Below are positions 30,099 to 40,201 of a DNA stretch of 64,000 bases, piece after piece; within the stretch, counting starts at the first letter, position 1; each line of letters opens with the position of its first letter. This DNA is from Rhabdothermincola salaria (lineage in GTDB: Bacteria; Actinomycetota; Acidimicrobiia; Acidimicrobiales; Acidimicrobilacustridaceae). The stretch lies in the NCBI RefSeq assembly GCF_021246445.1, contig NZ_JAJQXW010000001.1:1940168-2004167 (forward strand). Direction: 5' to 3'. The notes beneath the pieces are model-generated. The model was given only the letters and a program-made list of their open reading frames with translations, made no database searches and was not told where the DNA came from. The position numbers and the translations under genes are program-made.

Positions 30099-30937
30099 GT
30101 GAGGACCTCCGGGGATTCGCGCAGGAGCCGGCGTACGGCGCCGGCCCAGAAGACCTCGGTGCCCCGTTCGAGCAGCGACGCCTTCATGGGCGGACGCACC
30201 GCCGACGGGACGGTGGTGGCCGCCCGGCCCGACGTCACCACGTCGAGCATCAGGCGGCACTGGCGGTCGAGGGTGGCCGCCTTGTAGGTGGCCTCCTCGA
30301 TGGTGGCGGCGGTGACGATGACCCCGTGGTTGGCCAGGATGACCACCGAGGCGTCGCCGATGCGGTCGGCCAGGTCGGCGCCCAGCTCGGCGGAGTCGAC
30401 CTCGCCGGCGTACTCGCTCACGAAGGCGACCTCGCCGTCGTACATCGAGGACTGCTGGTGCAGGAACTCCGGGACCAGACCCAGGGCCGCCAGCACCACG
30501 GCGTGGTACGGGTGGTTGTGCACGACCACCCGGGCGTCGGGTCGGCGACGGTGCAGCTCGGTGTGGATGTGGAAGGCCGGGGTGACGTCCCAACGGCCCT
30601 CGACGACCCGACCGTCGGCGTCGACGCGGCAGATGTCGGAGGCGCAGATCTCCTCCCACCACAGCCCCCACGGGTTGACCCACATCGAGTCGTGGCCCTC
30701 GGGCGCCCAGGTGATGTGCCCGGCGATGTTCTCGCAGAAGTCGTGGGCGGCGAGGATGCGGAAGGCGCAGGCCAGGGCCTGGCGTTCGTCGAGGTCGACC
30801 CCGATGGGCGGGGTGATGCTCGGCGACCACACCTCGGCGCCCCCCTGGCTCAGGGTGAGGCCGTCGGGGACGGCGCCTTCGGAGATGGCGGCGTCGGCGC
30901 GGCCCGTCGTCGGTGCTGTCGTGGTCTCGGCGCTCAT
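30095..30937 (-). CDS. Class II aldolase/adducin family protein
   Basis: 'ENIAGHIT', 'FHIHTELHRRRPDARVVVHNHP' and 'LANHGVIV'. Start 30937 or 30946. Confidence 0.9.
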   Translation of the reverse strand: MSAETTTAPTTGRADAAISEGAVPDGLTLSQGGAEVWSPSITPPIGVDLDERQALACAFRILAAHDFCENIAGHITWAPEGHDSMWVNPWGLWWEEICASDICRVDADGRVVEGRWDVTPAFHIHTELHRRRPDARVVVHNHPYHAVVLAALGLVPEFLHQQSSMYDGEVAFVSEYAGEVDSAELGADLADRIGDASVVILANHGVIVTAATIEEATYKAATLDRQCRLMLDVVTSGRAATTVPSAVRPPMKASLLERGTEVFWAGAVRRLLRESPEVLT

Positions 30938-31030
30938 GGCGACCATCCCCCCGGGTGGTGGCGTACACCCCTGACACTAGTGCTCACCCGCACCGGCCCC
31001 ACCGGGGCCGTCTGTGGTGCACTACCTCCC

Positions 31031-32572
31031 ATGGGGACCGGGGGCACGACACGACACGACGACCACGCCGACGCCGCGACCGAGTCGGTCGGCCCCGGCC
31101 CGGTGGTGCGCACCGAGCACGGGCCGGTGCGGGGCCGGGCCCTGCCAGGGGGCGCGGTCGCCTTTCGGGGGATCCGCTACGGCGCCCCACCCACCGGCAT
31201 GCTCCGGTGGCGGCCACCGGAGCCGCCCGCGGGGTGGTCCGAGGTCCGCGACGCGCTCGAACCGGGGCCGGCCGCCTGGCAGCCCGCCGGCGGGCCGCTC
31301 GACGGTCTCGTCCCGGGCATGGCCCCCGCGCACCAGGGCGACGACTGCCTCTCGCTCGACGTCTGGACCCCGGGCGTCGACGACGGTGTCCGACCCGTCC
31401 TCGTCTGGATCCACGGCGGGGCCTTCAGCCTCGGGGCCGGTTCGCTGCCCGTGTACGACGGCGCCCGACTGGCCGCCGAGCACGACGTCGTGGTGGTCAC
31501 CGTGAACTACCGCCTCGGCGTCTTCGGGTTCCTCCACCCCGACGACGCCTCCGCCACCCCCAACGTGGGCCTGCTCGACCAGGTCGCGGCCCTCCGGTGG
31601 GTGCGTGACACCATCGCCGGGTTCGGTGGCGACCCGTCCAACGTCACCGTGTTCGGCGAGAGCGCCGGCGGTGGCAGCGTGCTCTCGCTGCTGGCCATGC
31701 CGTCGGCGACGGGCCTGTTCCACCGGGCGATCGTGCAGAGCGGCGCCACCGACCTGCTGCTCGACCGGGAGGCCGCCGCGCTGGTGGTCGACGCCGTGGC
31801 GCGGGCGGCCGGTCTCACCGCCGGCGACGTCGACGGGCTGCGGACCCTGCCCGCCGCCGCCCTGCTCGAGGCCCAGGCCACCGCGGCGAAGGAGCTCTTC
31901 ACGACGGTGGGCACCATGCCCTTCCACCCGTGCGTCGACGGCGAGGTGCTGCCCACCTCGTGGCTCGACGCCGCCGCCCGGGGTGTGAACCCCGTGCCGC
32001 TCGTCATCGGCACGACCCGAGACGAGATGGCGCTGTTCTCGGCCATGGACCCGCGGGCCGCCGCCCTCGACGACGCCGGGCTACGACGCCGCCTCGACCG
32101 CGCCGGCCACGACACCGACCTCGTCGTCGACGCGTACCGGACCGTCGGCGTGGTCGACCCCCCGCACGTCTGGTCGAGGGTCCAGACCGACACGCAGATG
32201 TGGGTACCCGCCCAACGACTCGCCGAGGCCCACGCCCGCCACGCGCCCGTGTGGGTCTACCGCTTCGACCGGCCCGCCGCCGACCCGAGGCTCGGCGCCT
32301 GCCACGGGGTGGACATCCCGTTTCCGTTCGGCACCACCGACACGGGTGGGTGGGGCGACTTCCTCGGCGACCAGCGCTCGGCCTCGGCCCTGTCCGCCGT
32401 GGTCCGCCGGCTGTGGACCGCCTTCGCCCGCCACGGGCGACCCGACACCGAGTCGGTCGACTGGCCGGCTCACGGCCCCGACCGCGCCACCCTGTTGCTC
32501 GACGACGCCGTCACCGTCGTCCACGATCCCGACGCGGCCGTACGGCGCCTCTGGAGCGATCCGCAGCCCTGA
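31031..32572 (+). CDS. Type-B carboxylesterase/lipase
   Basis: 'DCLSLDVWTP', 'WIHGGAF', 'NYRLG', FGESAG and 'GACHGVDIPF'. Confidence 0.92.
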   Translation: MGTGGTTRHDDHADAATESVGPGPVVRTEHGPVRGRALPGGAVAFRGIRYGAPPTGMLRWRPPEPPAGWSEVRDALEPGPAAWQPAGGPLDGLVPGMAPAHQGDDCLSLDVWTPGVDDGVRPVLVWIHGGAFSLGAGSLPVYDGARLAAEHDVVVVTVNYRLGVFGFLHPDDASATPNVGLLDQVAALRWVRDTIAGFGGDPSNVTVFGESAGGGSVLSLLAMPSATGLFHRAIVQSGATDLLLDREAAALVVDAVARAAGLTAGDVDGLRTLPAAALLEAQATAAKELFTTVGTMPFHPCVDGEVLPTSWLDAAARGVNPVPLVIGTTRDEMALFSAMDPRAAALDDAGLRRRLDRAGHDTDLVVDAYRTVGVVDPPHVWSRVQTDTQMWVPAQRLAEAHARHAPVWVYRFDRPAADPRLGACHGVDIPFPFGTTDTGGWGDFLGDQRSASALSAVVRRLWTAFARHGRPDTESVDWPAHGPDRATLLLDDAVTVVHDPDAAVRRLWSDPQP

Positions 32573-32651
32573 CCCGGTCGAACCCGGTGCCGCCTCGCGG
32601 GTGGGGCACGGGATCGGCCCGCCTCTGGTGCGCCGCGTCGTCGGGTTCAGG

Positions 32652-34808
32652 TCAGAGCCGGGCCAGGACCGGGCTCAGATCCAGGGCGGTGGCGGGCGCC
32701 GCCTCGTGGAGCGCGGCGCCCACGGCGAGGTCGACGCCCGCACCGACGGCGGCGTCGAGGATCTCCGGGGTGTCGATCCCCTCGCCCATGACCTGGGCGC
32801 CGAAGGCATGCCCCAGGCCCACGAGAGCCGACAGCACCCGCCCACCGTCGGGGCGGGCCGCCCGCACGGTGAAGGCCTCGTCGATGCGGACCACGTGCAC
32901 CGGGAAGGCCGTCAGCCGGGCCAGGCTGGAGCTGCCCGTGCCGAAGTCGGCCACGGCGATCCGCACCCCCAGCTCGTCGAGGGCGAACAGCTCGGCCGCG
33001 GCATCCAACGACTGGATGGTGGCCGCCTCGGGCACCTTGACCCCGACCTGATCGACGGTCAGCCCCAGCCGGCGGAGCCGTCCGCGGAGCTCGTCGGCGA
33101 AGCCGGGCACCAGCTGGGCCACGGTCACCGGCAGACAGAGCGCGGCCTCCGGGTGCTCCCTGAACAAGGGGGCCATCTCGCCCAGGGCCCGCTCCATGAC
33201 GGCCTCGCCCAGCACGCCCACCAGCCCCGCCTCGCGGGCCACCGCCCACACCTCGGTGTCGGGTGGGCCGGGCGGCCGGACGTCGAGGCTCCTGTCCCGG
33301 CCCTCGGGCCCGGCCCACCGCACCCGCGGGTCGAGCCCGGTCACGACGCCGTCGCGCAGCCGGTAGGAGAGCTGGTAGTCGAGGGCCACCCCGGGACCGT
33401 CGAGCATCTCGCGCAGCCGCTCCTCGCGCGCCACCCGATCCAGCAGCTCCCGACGATGGCGGGATCGGAACCGCACGGCCCGGTTACGACCCGCGCCCTT
33501 GGCCCGATAGAGCGCCAGGTCGGCGTCGCGGAGGATGGCGCCGGGCGCCATGCCGGGCCCCACGTCGCGGAGCCCGACGCTGGCGCCGGTGCTCACCACC
33601 ACCCGGCTGCCATCGAGATCCACCTCCACCGGCTCGTTGAGCGAGGCGAGGATGCGTTCGGCCAGGGCGTCGGCCCCGCCCTCCTCGAGATGGGTGGCCG
33701 CCACCACGAACTCGTCGCCCCCCAGACGCGCCACCATGTCGGTCTCCCTGACCGACGCCGAGAGCCGCTCGGCCACCACCCGCAACAGCTGGTCGCCGGC
33801 CTCGTGGCCGTGGGTGTCGTTGACGATCTTGAAGTCGTCGAGATCGACGAACAGCACCGCCGCGTCCCCGTCGGGTGCCGGGCCGTCACGGCCGGGAACC
33901 GAGGACCCCGAGGTCACCGCCTCCAAGAACTCGAGCAGAACGGTGCGGTTGGGCAGGCCCGTGAGCACGTCGTGGGTGGCCCGGAAGGCGAGCTCGGCCG
34001 ATGCCGTTTCGGCCTCCCGGCGGGCCTCGGTCTCGGCGGCCAGGAGGCGACGCCGATCGGTGACGTCGTTGAGGTAGACGCAGATCCCGGAGCCGAGCGC
34101 CTGGACCTGCACGTCGAACCAGAGCCCCGAGGGGTACGAGGCCTCGAAGCGCTCGGCCGGCCCGCCGTCGGCCACCCGACGGTAGGCCGCCTCGAACTCG
34201 GTGCCCACCGCGTGGGGGAAGACCTCCCAGAGGTCCCGGCCCTCGATCTCGGGGGCCGACACCCGGAACAGCTCGGCCCCCTTGCGATTGAGGTAGGTGA
34301 TCCGCCAGTCGGCATCGATCGCGATGTAGACGGTGGGGATGGCGTCGAGGATCTCGGCCACCCGGTCGGCCTCGGCTCGGGTGTCGGTGACGTCGATGGC
34401 CACGCCGACCAGGCCCAGGGCACCGGGCTCGGGCACCCGCGACCGCATGAGCACCGAGCGCCGCCCTCGCACCGGGTGCTCGACGTGCATGACGACCTCG
34501 CCCTCGACGAGCTGGTGGCCGTCCCAGAAGGCGTCGAGCACCCGCTCGCGGTCGTTCGGGTCGCACAGCCGGTAGACGTCCTCGAGGCGGACGGGGGCGC
34601 CACGCGCCACGCCGAAGATCTCGTACATCGTGGGACTCCAGGACAGCTCGCCGTCGCTGGCGTGGTCCCAGCTCCAGATGCCGATGCCGCTGGCCCGGAC
34701 GGCCGCGTCGAGCAGCGCCGCCGAGCGCTGGAGCTGGCGCTCGATCGCGTCGCGGTCGGCGGCGTCGCTTTCGCTGCCGGATCGATCGGAGTCGTGGTCG
34801 AGGGTCAT
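32652..34808 (-). CDS. PAS-PAS-GGDEF protein with degenerate EAL domain
   Basis: RLGGDEF is intact with RxxD. EAL motifs are altered (LDPRVRW, VKVPE, ADFGTG). Confidence 0.88.
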   Translation of the reverse strand: MTLDHDSDRSGSESDAADRDAIERQLQRSAALLDAAVRASGIGIWSWDHASDGELSWSPTMYEIFGVARGAPVRLEDVYRLCDPNDRERVLDAFWDGHQLVEGEVVMHVEHPVRGRRSVLMRSRVPEPGALGLVGVAIDVTDTRAEADRVAEILDAIPTVYIAIDADWRITYLNRKGAELFRVSAPEIEGRDLWEVFPHAVGTEFEAAYRRVADGGPAERFEASYPSGLWFDVQVQALGSGICVYLNDVTDRRRLLAAETEARREAETASAELAFRATHDVLTGLPNRTVLLEFLEAVTSGSSVPGRDGPAPDGDAAVLFVDLDDFKIVNDTHGHEAGDQLLRVVAERLSASVRETDMVARLGGDEFVVAATHLEEGGADALAERILASLNEPVEVDLDGSRVVVSTGASVGLRDVGPGMAPGAILRDADLALYRAKGAGRNRAVRFRSRHRRELLDRVAREERLREMLDGPGVALDYQLSYRLRDGVVTGLDPRVRWAGPEGRDRSLDVRPPGPPDTEVWAVAREAGLVGVLGEAVMERALGEMAPLFREHPEAALCLPVTVAQLVPGFADELRGRLRRLGLTVDQVGVKVPEAATIQSLDAAAELFALDELGVRIAVADFGTGSSSLARLTAFPVHVVRIDEAFTVRAARPDGGRVLSALVGLGHAFGAQVMGEGIDTPEILDAAVGAGVDLAVGAALHEAAPATALDLSPVLARL

Positions 34809-34958
34809 GCCGGGAGCTCCGGAAGGTCTCGACGCCCGATCCCGCCCGGACGCACCTTCACCACTCAGCGTAGGCAGACGGACACGATCTGCCCTGAGTC
34901 GAACGACCCTTCGGCAGTGACCCTGGTCACCGAGAGGGGGTGGAACCGAGGGAGCGGG

Positions 34959-35900
34959 TCAGGCGACGACCGTCCGGAACCGCTCGACGGCGCCCGAGAG
35001 GTAGTCGGTGGCCGCGTCGCGGCCCTCGGGCAGCGCCACGGTCAGGCGGACATCGGTGACCCCGGCGGCGACGAGGGCGGGCACGCTCTCCATGGTGGCG
35101 TCGAGGTCGACCGACCCGTCGCCTCGGCGCACGACGTTGGCGTAGCCCATCACCTGCAGGCCGGAGGGGTCGCCGCCGGCGGCCTCGACCAGCTCGCGCA
35201 TCTCGGCGATGCCGGTGACCGGGTCGGCCATCGCCGCGCCCCACGGGATCCATCCAGAACCGAAACGGGACAGGCGCCGCGCCACGGCCTTGTTGGGTGT
35301 GCCGCTCACCCAGATCGGCACACCGCCCTCCTGGAGGGGCTTGGGCATCTGGTGGATGCCCTCGAAGGTCAGATCCTCGGACTCGTAGCTGGCCCGCGGC
35401 TCGCGCCACAGCGTCTGGCACACCTCGAGGGTCTGGTCGAGGAGGCGGCCCCGCCCGTCGAACTCGAGGCCGGCCGCCTCGTACTCCTCGCGCTGCCAGC
35501 CCACCCCGACGCCGAGGTCGAGGCGTCCGCCGGAGAGCACGTCGATGGTGGCCGCCGTCTTGGCCAGCACCACCGGGCGGCGCAGGGCGGCGATGAGGAT
35601 GCCGGTGCCCAGCCGGATGCGCTCGGTGAGGGCCCCGATGGTCGTGAGGACGACGAGCGGATCGAGCCAGTGCCCGTCGGGGCCGGTGGGCTGCTTGCCG
35701 CCGGCGGAGCCGCCGACCTTGGGATCGGCGTAGGCGTCCATGTTCTCGCCGAAGGCCACGTGCTCGGACACCACGAGGCGGTCGATGCCGGCGGCGTCCA
35801 TGGCCAGGGCCTGGTCGAGCAGCGACGACCACCCGCCCGGGTCCTCGGCGGAGAACGTCCGCAGCTGCATGGAGATCTGGGGCGTGGCGGTGGGCGACAT
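34959..35900 (-). CDS. LLM-class F420-dependent oxidoreductase
   Basis: 'VSEHV', 'RIRLGTGILIAALRRPVVLAKTAATIDVLSGGRLDLGVGVGWQREEY' and 'PKPLQEGGVPIWVSG'. Confidence 0.9.
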   Translation of the reverse strand: MSPTATPQISMQLRTFSAEDPGGWSSLLDQALAMDAAGIDRLVVSEHVAFGENMDAYADPKVGGSAGGKQPTGPDGHWLDPLVVLTTIGALTERIRLGTGILIAALRRPVVLAKTAATIDVLSGGRLDLGVGVGWQREEYEAAGLEFDGRGRLLDQTLEVCQTLWREPRASYESEDLTFEGIHQMPKPLQEGGVPIWVSGTPNKAVARRLSRFGSGWIPWGAAMADPVTGIAEMRELVEAAGGDPSGLQVMGYANVVRRGDGSVDLDATMESVPALVAAGVTDVRLTVALPEGRDAATDYLSGAVERFRTVVA

Positions 35901-36053
35901 GGGGTCTCCTGCGGGTGGGGAGGCGTACTGGGAGCTCGGCGTGGTCGGGTGACCATCCTGTCCCATCCTCGCCCGCCGGTCAGACTGGACCGGCGTGAGG
36001 CGACGAGAAGCCGGACGGCCCGCAGGGGTCGGCCCGGCCCGAGGAGGACACCG

Positions 36054-36581
36054 ATGAGCGACCTGGAGGCACGGCTGGCACGGCTCGAAGCCACCGAGGA
36101 GATCCGCCAGCTGGCCGCCCGCTACGCGCTCGCCCTCGACCAGCGCGACGTGCAGGCTCTGGCCGCGCTCTTCGTCGACGACGTGCGCACCGGCGACGGG
36201 CGGGTGGGCCGCGAGGCCCTCGCCGACTGGTTCGACCCGATCCTGCGGCCCTACTCGACCACGTTCCACCTCATCGGCAACCACGTCATCGACCTGGTGG
36301 ACGAGGACCACGCCACCGGGGTCGTGTACTGCCGACCCGAGCACGAGGTGGGCGACCTCTGGGTGGTCATGCCCATGCAGTACTGGGACCGCTACGAGCG
36401 CCGCGACGGCCACTGGTACTTCGTCAGCCGCTCCCCCAAGGTCTTCTACGCCGCCGACGTGCTCGAGCACCCCTTGCGGGTGCCCGAGCGGTTCCACTTC
36501 CCGGGCAACCCCATGATCACCCGGGCCGAGCTACCCGGGCGATGGGAGACCTGGCAGGCCTTCTGGGACCCCAAGCCCTGA
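36054..36581 (+). CDS. NTF2/SnoaL-like protein
   Basis: 'LEATEEIRQLAARYALALDQRD', 'HLIGNHVID' and 'YWDRYERRDGHWYF'. GAGGAGG RBS. Confidence 0.87.
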   Translation: MSDLEARLARLEATEEIRQLAARYALALDQRDVQALAALFVDDVRTGDGRVGREALADWFDPILRPYSTTFHLIGNHVIDLVDEDHATGVVYCRPEHEVGDLWVVMPMQYWDRYERRDGHWYFVSRSPKVFYAADVLEHPLRVPERFHFPGNPMITRAELPGRWETWQAFWDPKP

Positions 36582-36718
36582 GCCGGGCCACCACGGGGCA
36601 TCCACGGGTGGAGCGCCGCTCGAACACCCTGGTAGCGACCTCCGGGGGTGCCGGAGACCGGTCTCGCCGGGCCGGACAGCGACTGCAGCACGCCGCATGC
36701 CCGGGCGACGACCTCACG

Positions 36719-37750
36719 TCAGGCCGGGGTGATGGCCTCGCGCTCGTCGCGACCGTCGGCGTGGCGGGCGAAGCGGACCGCCTCGGGCCCGTGGACGGGG
36801 CCGTCCTCCGGCCACGGCCAGCCACCGAAGCCGTCGCGCTGGTAGTCGGCGAAGGCCTGGCGGATCTCGTCCTCGGTGTTCATCACGAACGGTCCGTAGC
36901 GAGCCACCGGCTCGCCGATGGGACGCCCCTGCAGCACCATCACCTCCACCGGGCCGTCGCCGGCGGTGAGGTGCAGGCCCCGGTCGGAGCGGACCAGGGC
37001 GCCGGTGTCGGCGTCGATGCGCTCCCCGTCGATCTCGAGAGAGGGGCCGTCGAAGAGGTAGAGCACCCGCAGCGTGTCCGGTGACGCGGGCGCCTCCAGG
37101 TCCGCCTCGGCCCCGGGCTCCATGGTGAGGTGCCACACGCCGAGGTCGGCCTCGGGTCGCGCCGCCCAGGAGTGAGGGGGCGGATCCGGCGGCGTGGCCC
37201 CGTCGAGCGATCCCACGATCACGGTGATGTCGGTGCGCCGACCCGCCTCGTCGGTGCGCACCACCTTGGGGATGTCTCGGTCCCACAGCATGGTGAAGTA
37301 GGGCTCCACCAGCTTGTGCTCGGCCGGCAGGTTGATCCAGATCTGGAACAGCTCGCCGGTGTTGGGGCGGTCGGTCTCGAGCAGGGGGAACATCTCGCTG
37401 TGCACCACCCCGCGTCCGGCGGTCATCCACTGCGCGTCGCCCCGGCCGAAGCGGGCCGCCGCCCCCATCGAGTCGGCGTGGTCGATGAAGCCCTGGCGGG
37501 CGTAGGTGAGGGTCTCGAAGCCCCGGTGGGGGTGCTGGGGGAAGCCGGGGACGCGGTCGCCGTGGTACATGCGCCAGCCGTCGATGCCCTCGAAGTCGGA
37601 CCCGATCTGGCGCCCGGCCAGCGAGGCCGCCGGCGCGAAGGACCCGTCGCCCTCGGGGTAGGCGTCGAGGTGGTGGGCGCAGAACAAGAAGGGGTCGACC
37701 GTCGGCCAGTGCAGACCGAGGGGGAACGTCTGTTGCACGGACGAGCTCAT
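36719..37750 (-). CDS. Pirin family protein
   Basis: 'GFPQHPHRGFETLT', 'QWMTAGRGVVHSEMFP' and 'EPVARYGPFVMNT'. Confidence 0.92.
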   Translation of the reverse strand: MSSSVQQTFPLGLHWPTVDPFLFCAHHLDAYPEGDGSFAPAASLAGRQIGSDFEGIDGWRMYHGDRVPGFPQHPHRGFETLTYARQGFIDHADSMGAAARFGRGDAQWMTAGRGVVHSEMFPLLETDRPNTGELFQIWINLPAEHKLVEPYFTMLWDRDIPKVVRTDEAGRRTDITVIVGSLDGATPPDPPPHSWAARPEADLGVWHLTMEPGAEADLEAPASPDTLRVLYLFDGPSLEIDGERIDADTGALVRSDRGLHLTAGDGPVEVMVLQGRPIGEPVARYGPFVMNTEDEIRQAFADYQRDGFGGWPWPEDGPVHGPEAVRFARHADGRDEREAITPA

Positions 37751-37791
37751 GGCTCCAGCGTAGAGGTCCTTGCGCGCACAAACAACGCCCT

Positions 37792-37846
37792 GCGTACCTG
37801 TCGGGAAAGAGCGCCACCCCCCAGCGCCGTCCATCGACAGCTTCGC
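37792..37846. repeat. 55-bp palindromic dispersed repeat, copy A
   Basis: 44/55 identical to 38876-38930, with 33/36 over the first 36 nt. Confidence 0.75.
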
Positions 37847-37923
37847 CGGTGGGTCACGACACGAGTGGGACACGAGTGGGACTCGACCGGGGTCCGAGGG
37901 AGGTCGACCGGTAGCGTGAGGCG

Positions 37924-38847
37924 ATGAGCTGGAGCCTGGCCGATGTCCCCGATCTCACCGGCACCACCGCTCTCGTCACCGGGGCCAACAGCGGGCTCGG
38001 CTACGAGATCAGCCGGGCCCTGGCCGGACGGGGCGCCCACGTGGTGATGGCCTGTCGCAACGTCGACAAGGCCGCGGACGCCGCCGCACGGGTGAACGCC
38101 CACGCCGGTGCCGGTCCCGGCTCCGCCTCGGTGATGTCCCTCGACCTGGCCGACCTGGCCTCGGTGCGCGCCCTCGGGACCCGAGTGCGTGACGAGCTGC
38201 CCCGACTCGACCTCCTGGCCAACAACGCTGGACTGATGGCCGTCGACGAATCCCGAACGGCCGACGGGTTCGAGATGCAGTTCGGCGTGAACCACCTGGG
38301 CCACTTCGTGCTGACCGCGGAGCTGGCCCCGCTGCTGGTCTCCGCGCCCGGCGGGCGCGTCGTCACCATGGCGTCGATGGGCCACCGGGCGGGGCGCATG
38401 GACTTCGACGACGTCATGTTCGATCGTCGCCGCTACCAGCGCTGGCCCGCCTACTTCCAGTCCAAGCTGGCCAACCTGCTCTTCACCCTCGAGCTCCACC
38501 ACCGGTTCCGCCAGGCCGGGGTCGACACCCTCGCCGTCGCCGCCCATCCCGGGTACGCCCACACCGACCTCGGCCACGAGGGCAGCGGATGGCTCAACCG
38601 CCTCATCGACCCGCTGGGCGGGCTGGCCTCGCAGTCCGCAGCCCGGGGCGCCGAGCCCTTCCTGCGGGCCGCCACCGATCCGGCCGTGACGAGCGGCGAG
38701 TACTACGGGCCCCGCCTGATGGCCTGGGGCGACGCCGTGCTCGAGACCCCGAGCGCCCGCGCCCGAGACACCGACGACGCCCGGAGCCTGTGGGCCCTCT
38801 CGGAATCGCTCACCGGCACCACCTTCACCGTCCCGCGCGCCGCCTGA
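37924..38847 (+). CDS. SDR oxidoreductase (retinol-dehydrogenase-like)
   Basis: TGANSGLG, NNAG, 'FEMQFGVNHLGHF' and YFQSK. Confidence 0.92.
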   Translation: MSWSLADVPDLTGTTALVTGANSGLGYEISRALAGRGAHVVMACRNVDKAADAAARVNAHAGAGPGSASVMSLDLADLASVRALGTRVRDELPRLDLLANNAGLMAVDESRTADGFEMQFGVNHLGHFVLTAELAPLLVSAPGGRVVTMASMGHRAGRMDFDDVMFDRRRYQRWPAYFQSKLANLLFTLELHHRFRQAGVDTLAVAAHPGYAHTDLGHEGSGWLNRLIDPLGGLASQSAARGAEPFLRAATDPAVTSGEYYGPRLMAWGDAVLETPSARARDTDDARSLWALSESLTGTTFTVPRAA

Positions 38848-38875
38848 CCCCGGCCCACCCCGGGTCGCCACCCAC

Positions 38876-38930
38876 GCGTACCTGTCGGGAAAACGCGACA
38901 CCCCCCAGCGCACAACACCGTCAGGTACGC
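38876..38930. repeat. 55-bp palindromic dispersed repeat, copy B (may act as terminator between convergent genes)
   Basis: GCGTACCTGTCGG...CCGTCAGGTACGC terminal inverted repeat (12/13). Confidence 0.75.
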
Positions 38931-38995
38931 GAGCGGACCTGACGGGGAGGGCCCCGGTGAGGGATGGTCGCGGCCAGGGTCGGGCGCCGGGTGGA

Positions 38996-40072
38996 TCAGG
39001 GCAGGCGGACCTGGGCGGCGCCGGTGATGGGCGGCAGGTCCCGCGGGCCGAGGGGCCCAGGGCGGGCCTCGCACACCGCCGGGATGGCGTTGACGATGCG
39101 GTTGGCCGCCGAGGCGTTGCCGCCTCCGGCTGCGCCCGGCTCTCCGGGCTCGGTGCCGTGGACGCTGACCGTGAGGTTCGGGTGGCCCGAGAGCACGATG
39201 CGGTGCTCGCCACCCGGCGAGGACGAGCTCGGCCAGTCCGGGGCGCAGGCGTCGTCGATCCGGGTGATGTGCTCGGCCACCACGAACGGCTTCCCACCCA
39301 CGTTCCCCTGCACCTCGAACCGGAACGCCCCCTGCGTGCCCGCCTCGAACACGCCCATACCGGGGACGTCGACGGTGCGTTCCAGCGCCCGACGCTCCAC
39401 CGAGGTCGTCACCGACTCGAGCTCCACCTCGAGCATCTCGGCGACGATGCGCACCATCGGCGCCCACACCATCTGCAACGAGAAGTCGTGCAGCATCAGG
39501 GGCAGCTCGTCCATCGTCTTCCCGAAGCCGATGACCTCGCGCACCACCTCGGGGGCGTCGTAGAGGGCGTAGTTGAAGACCTCCTGCATGCGCAGCTCGG
39601 TGATGTCGGCCCCCACACCGCTCACCAGGCCGGGGAGGATGTCGAAGGCCCAACCCGGGTCGATGCCCGACACGAACACCGACGACGACCCCGTGGCACA
39701 GGCCGGTTCGATCACGTCGAGGAGCTCACGGGGCGCCGAGGCCGGATGCAGGAGGGGATAGAAGGAGGTGGACACGACGTCCTTGCCGGCCTGCAGGCAC
39801 CGCAACAGGTCGGTGACGGCGTGCTCGGGGCGGGTGTCGGCGGTGGCCGTGTAGACCACGCAGTCGACGTCGTCGGCCAGCGCCCGAGCGGTGTCGTCGG
39901 TGGCGGCCACGCCGAGGGGGTCGACGAAGGCCAGCTCCCCGGCGTCGCGCCCGACCTTGGCCGGGTTCGACACCACCACCCCCACCAGCTCCAGATCCCG
40001 GTGGGCGGCCACCGCCCGGATGGCCGGCCGCCCGGCGTTGCCCGTCCCCCACACCACCACTCGATAGGTCAT
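38996..40072 (-). CDS. Dihydrodipicolinate-reductase-like / NAD(P)H amine dehydrogenase family protein
   Basis: 'VVVWGTGNAG', 'KVGRDAGEL', 'SGIDPGW' and 'NAIPAVCEARPG'. Confidence 0.85.
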   Translation of the reverse strand: MTYRVVVWGTGNAGRPAIRAVAAHRDLELVGVVVSNPAKVGRDAGELAFVDPLGVAATDDTARALADDVDCVVYTATADTRPEHAVTDLLRCLQAGKDVVSTSFYPLLHPASAPRELLDVIEPACATGSSSVFVSGIDPGWAFDILPGLVSGVGADITELRMQEVFNYALYDAPEVVREVIGFGKTMDELPLMLHDFSLQMVWAPMVRIVAEMLEVELESVTTSVERRALERTVDVPGMGVFEAGTQGAFRFEVQGNVGGKPFVVAEHITRIDDACAPDWPSSSSPGGEHRIVLSGHPNLTVSVHGTEPGEPGAAGGGNASAANRIVNAIPAVCEARPGPLGPRDLPPITGAAQVRLP

Positions 40073-40201
40073 GCCCGGACACTAGGTGTCGGCCGTCACA
40101 GATGGAGGGTCGAGCCGACGCTCAGGCGCCCCGGCAGGGACGGCATCGACGTGACAGGCTGACGCGGTACCACGCGGCACCGATCGGACCGGGGGACACC
40201 G

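Noticed and set aside
40078..40090. GACAC-TAG-GTGTC palindrome
   Set aside because: The arms are only 5 bp, and it is largely explained by the TAGTGT -10 of the leaderless gene at 40072.
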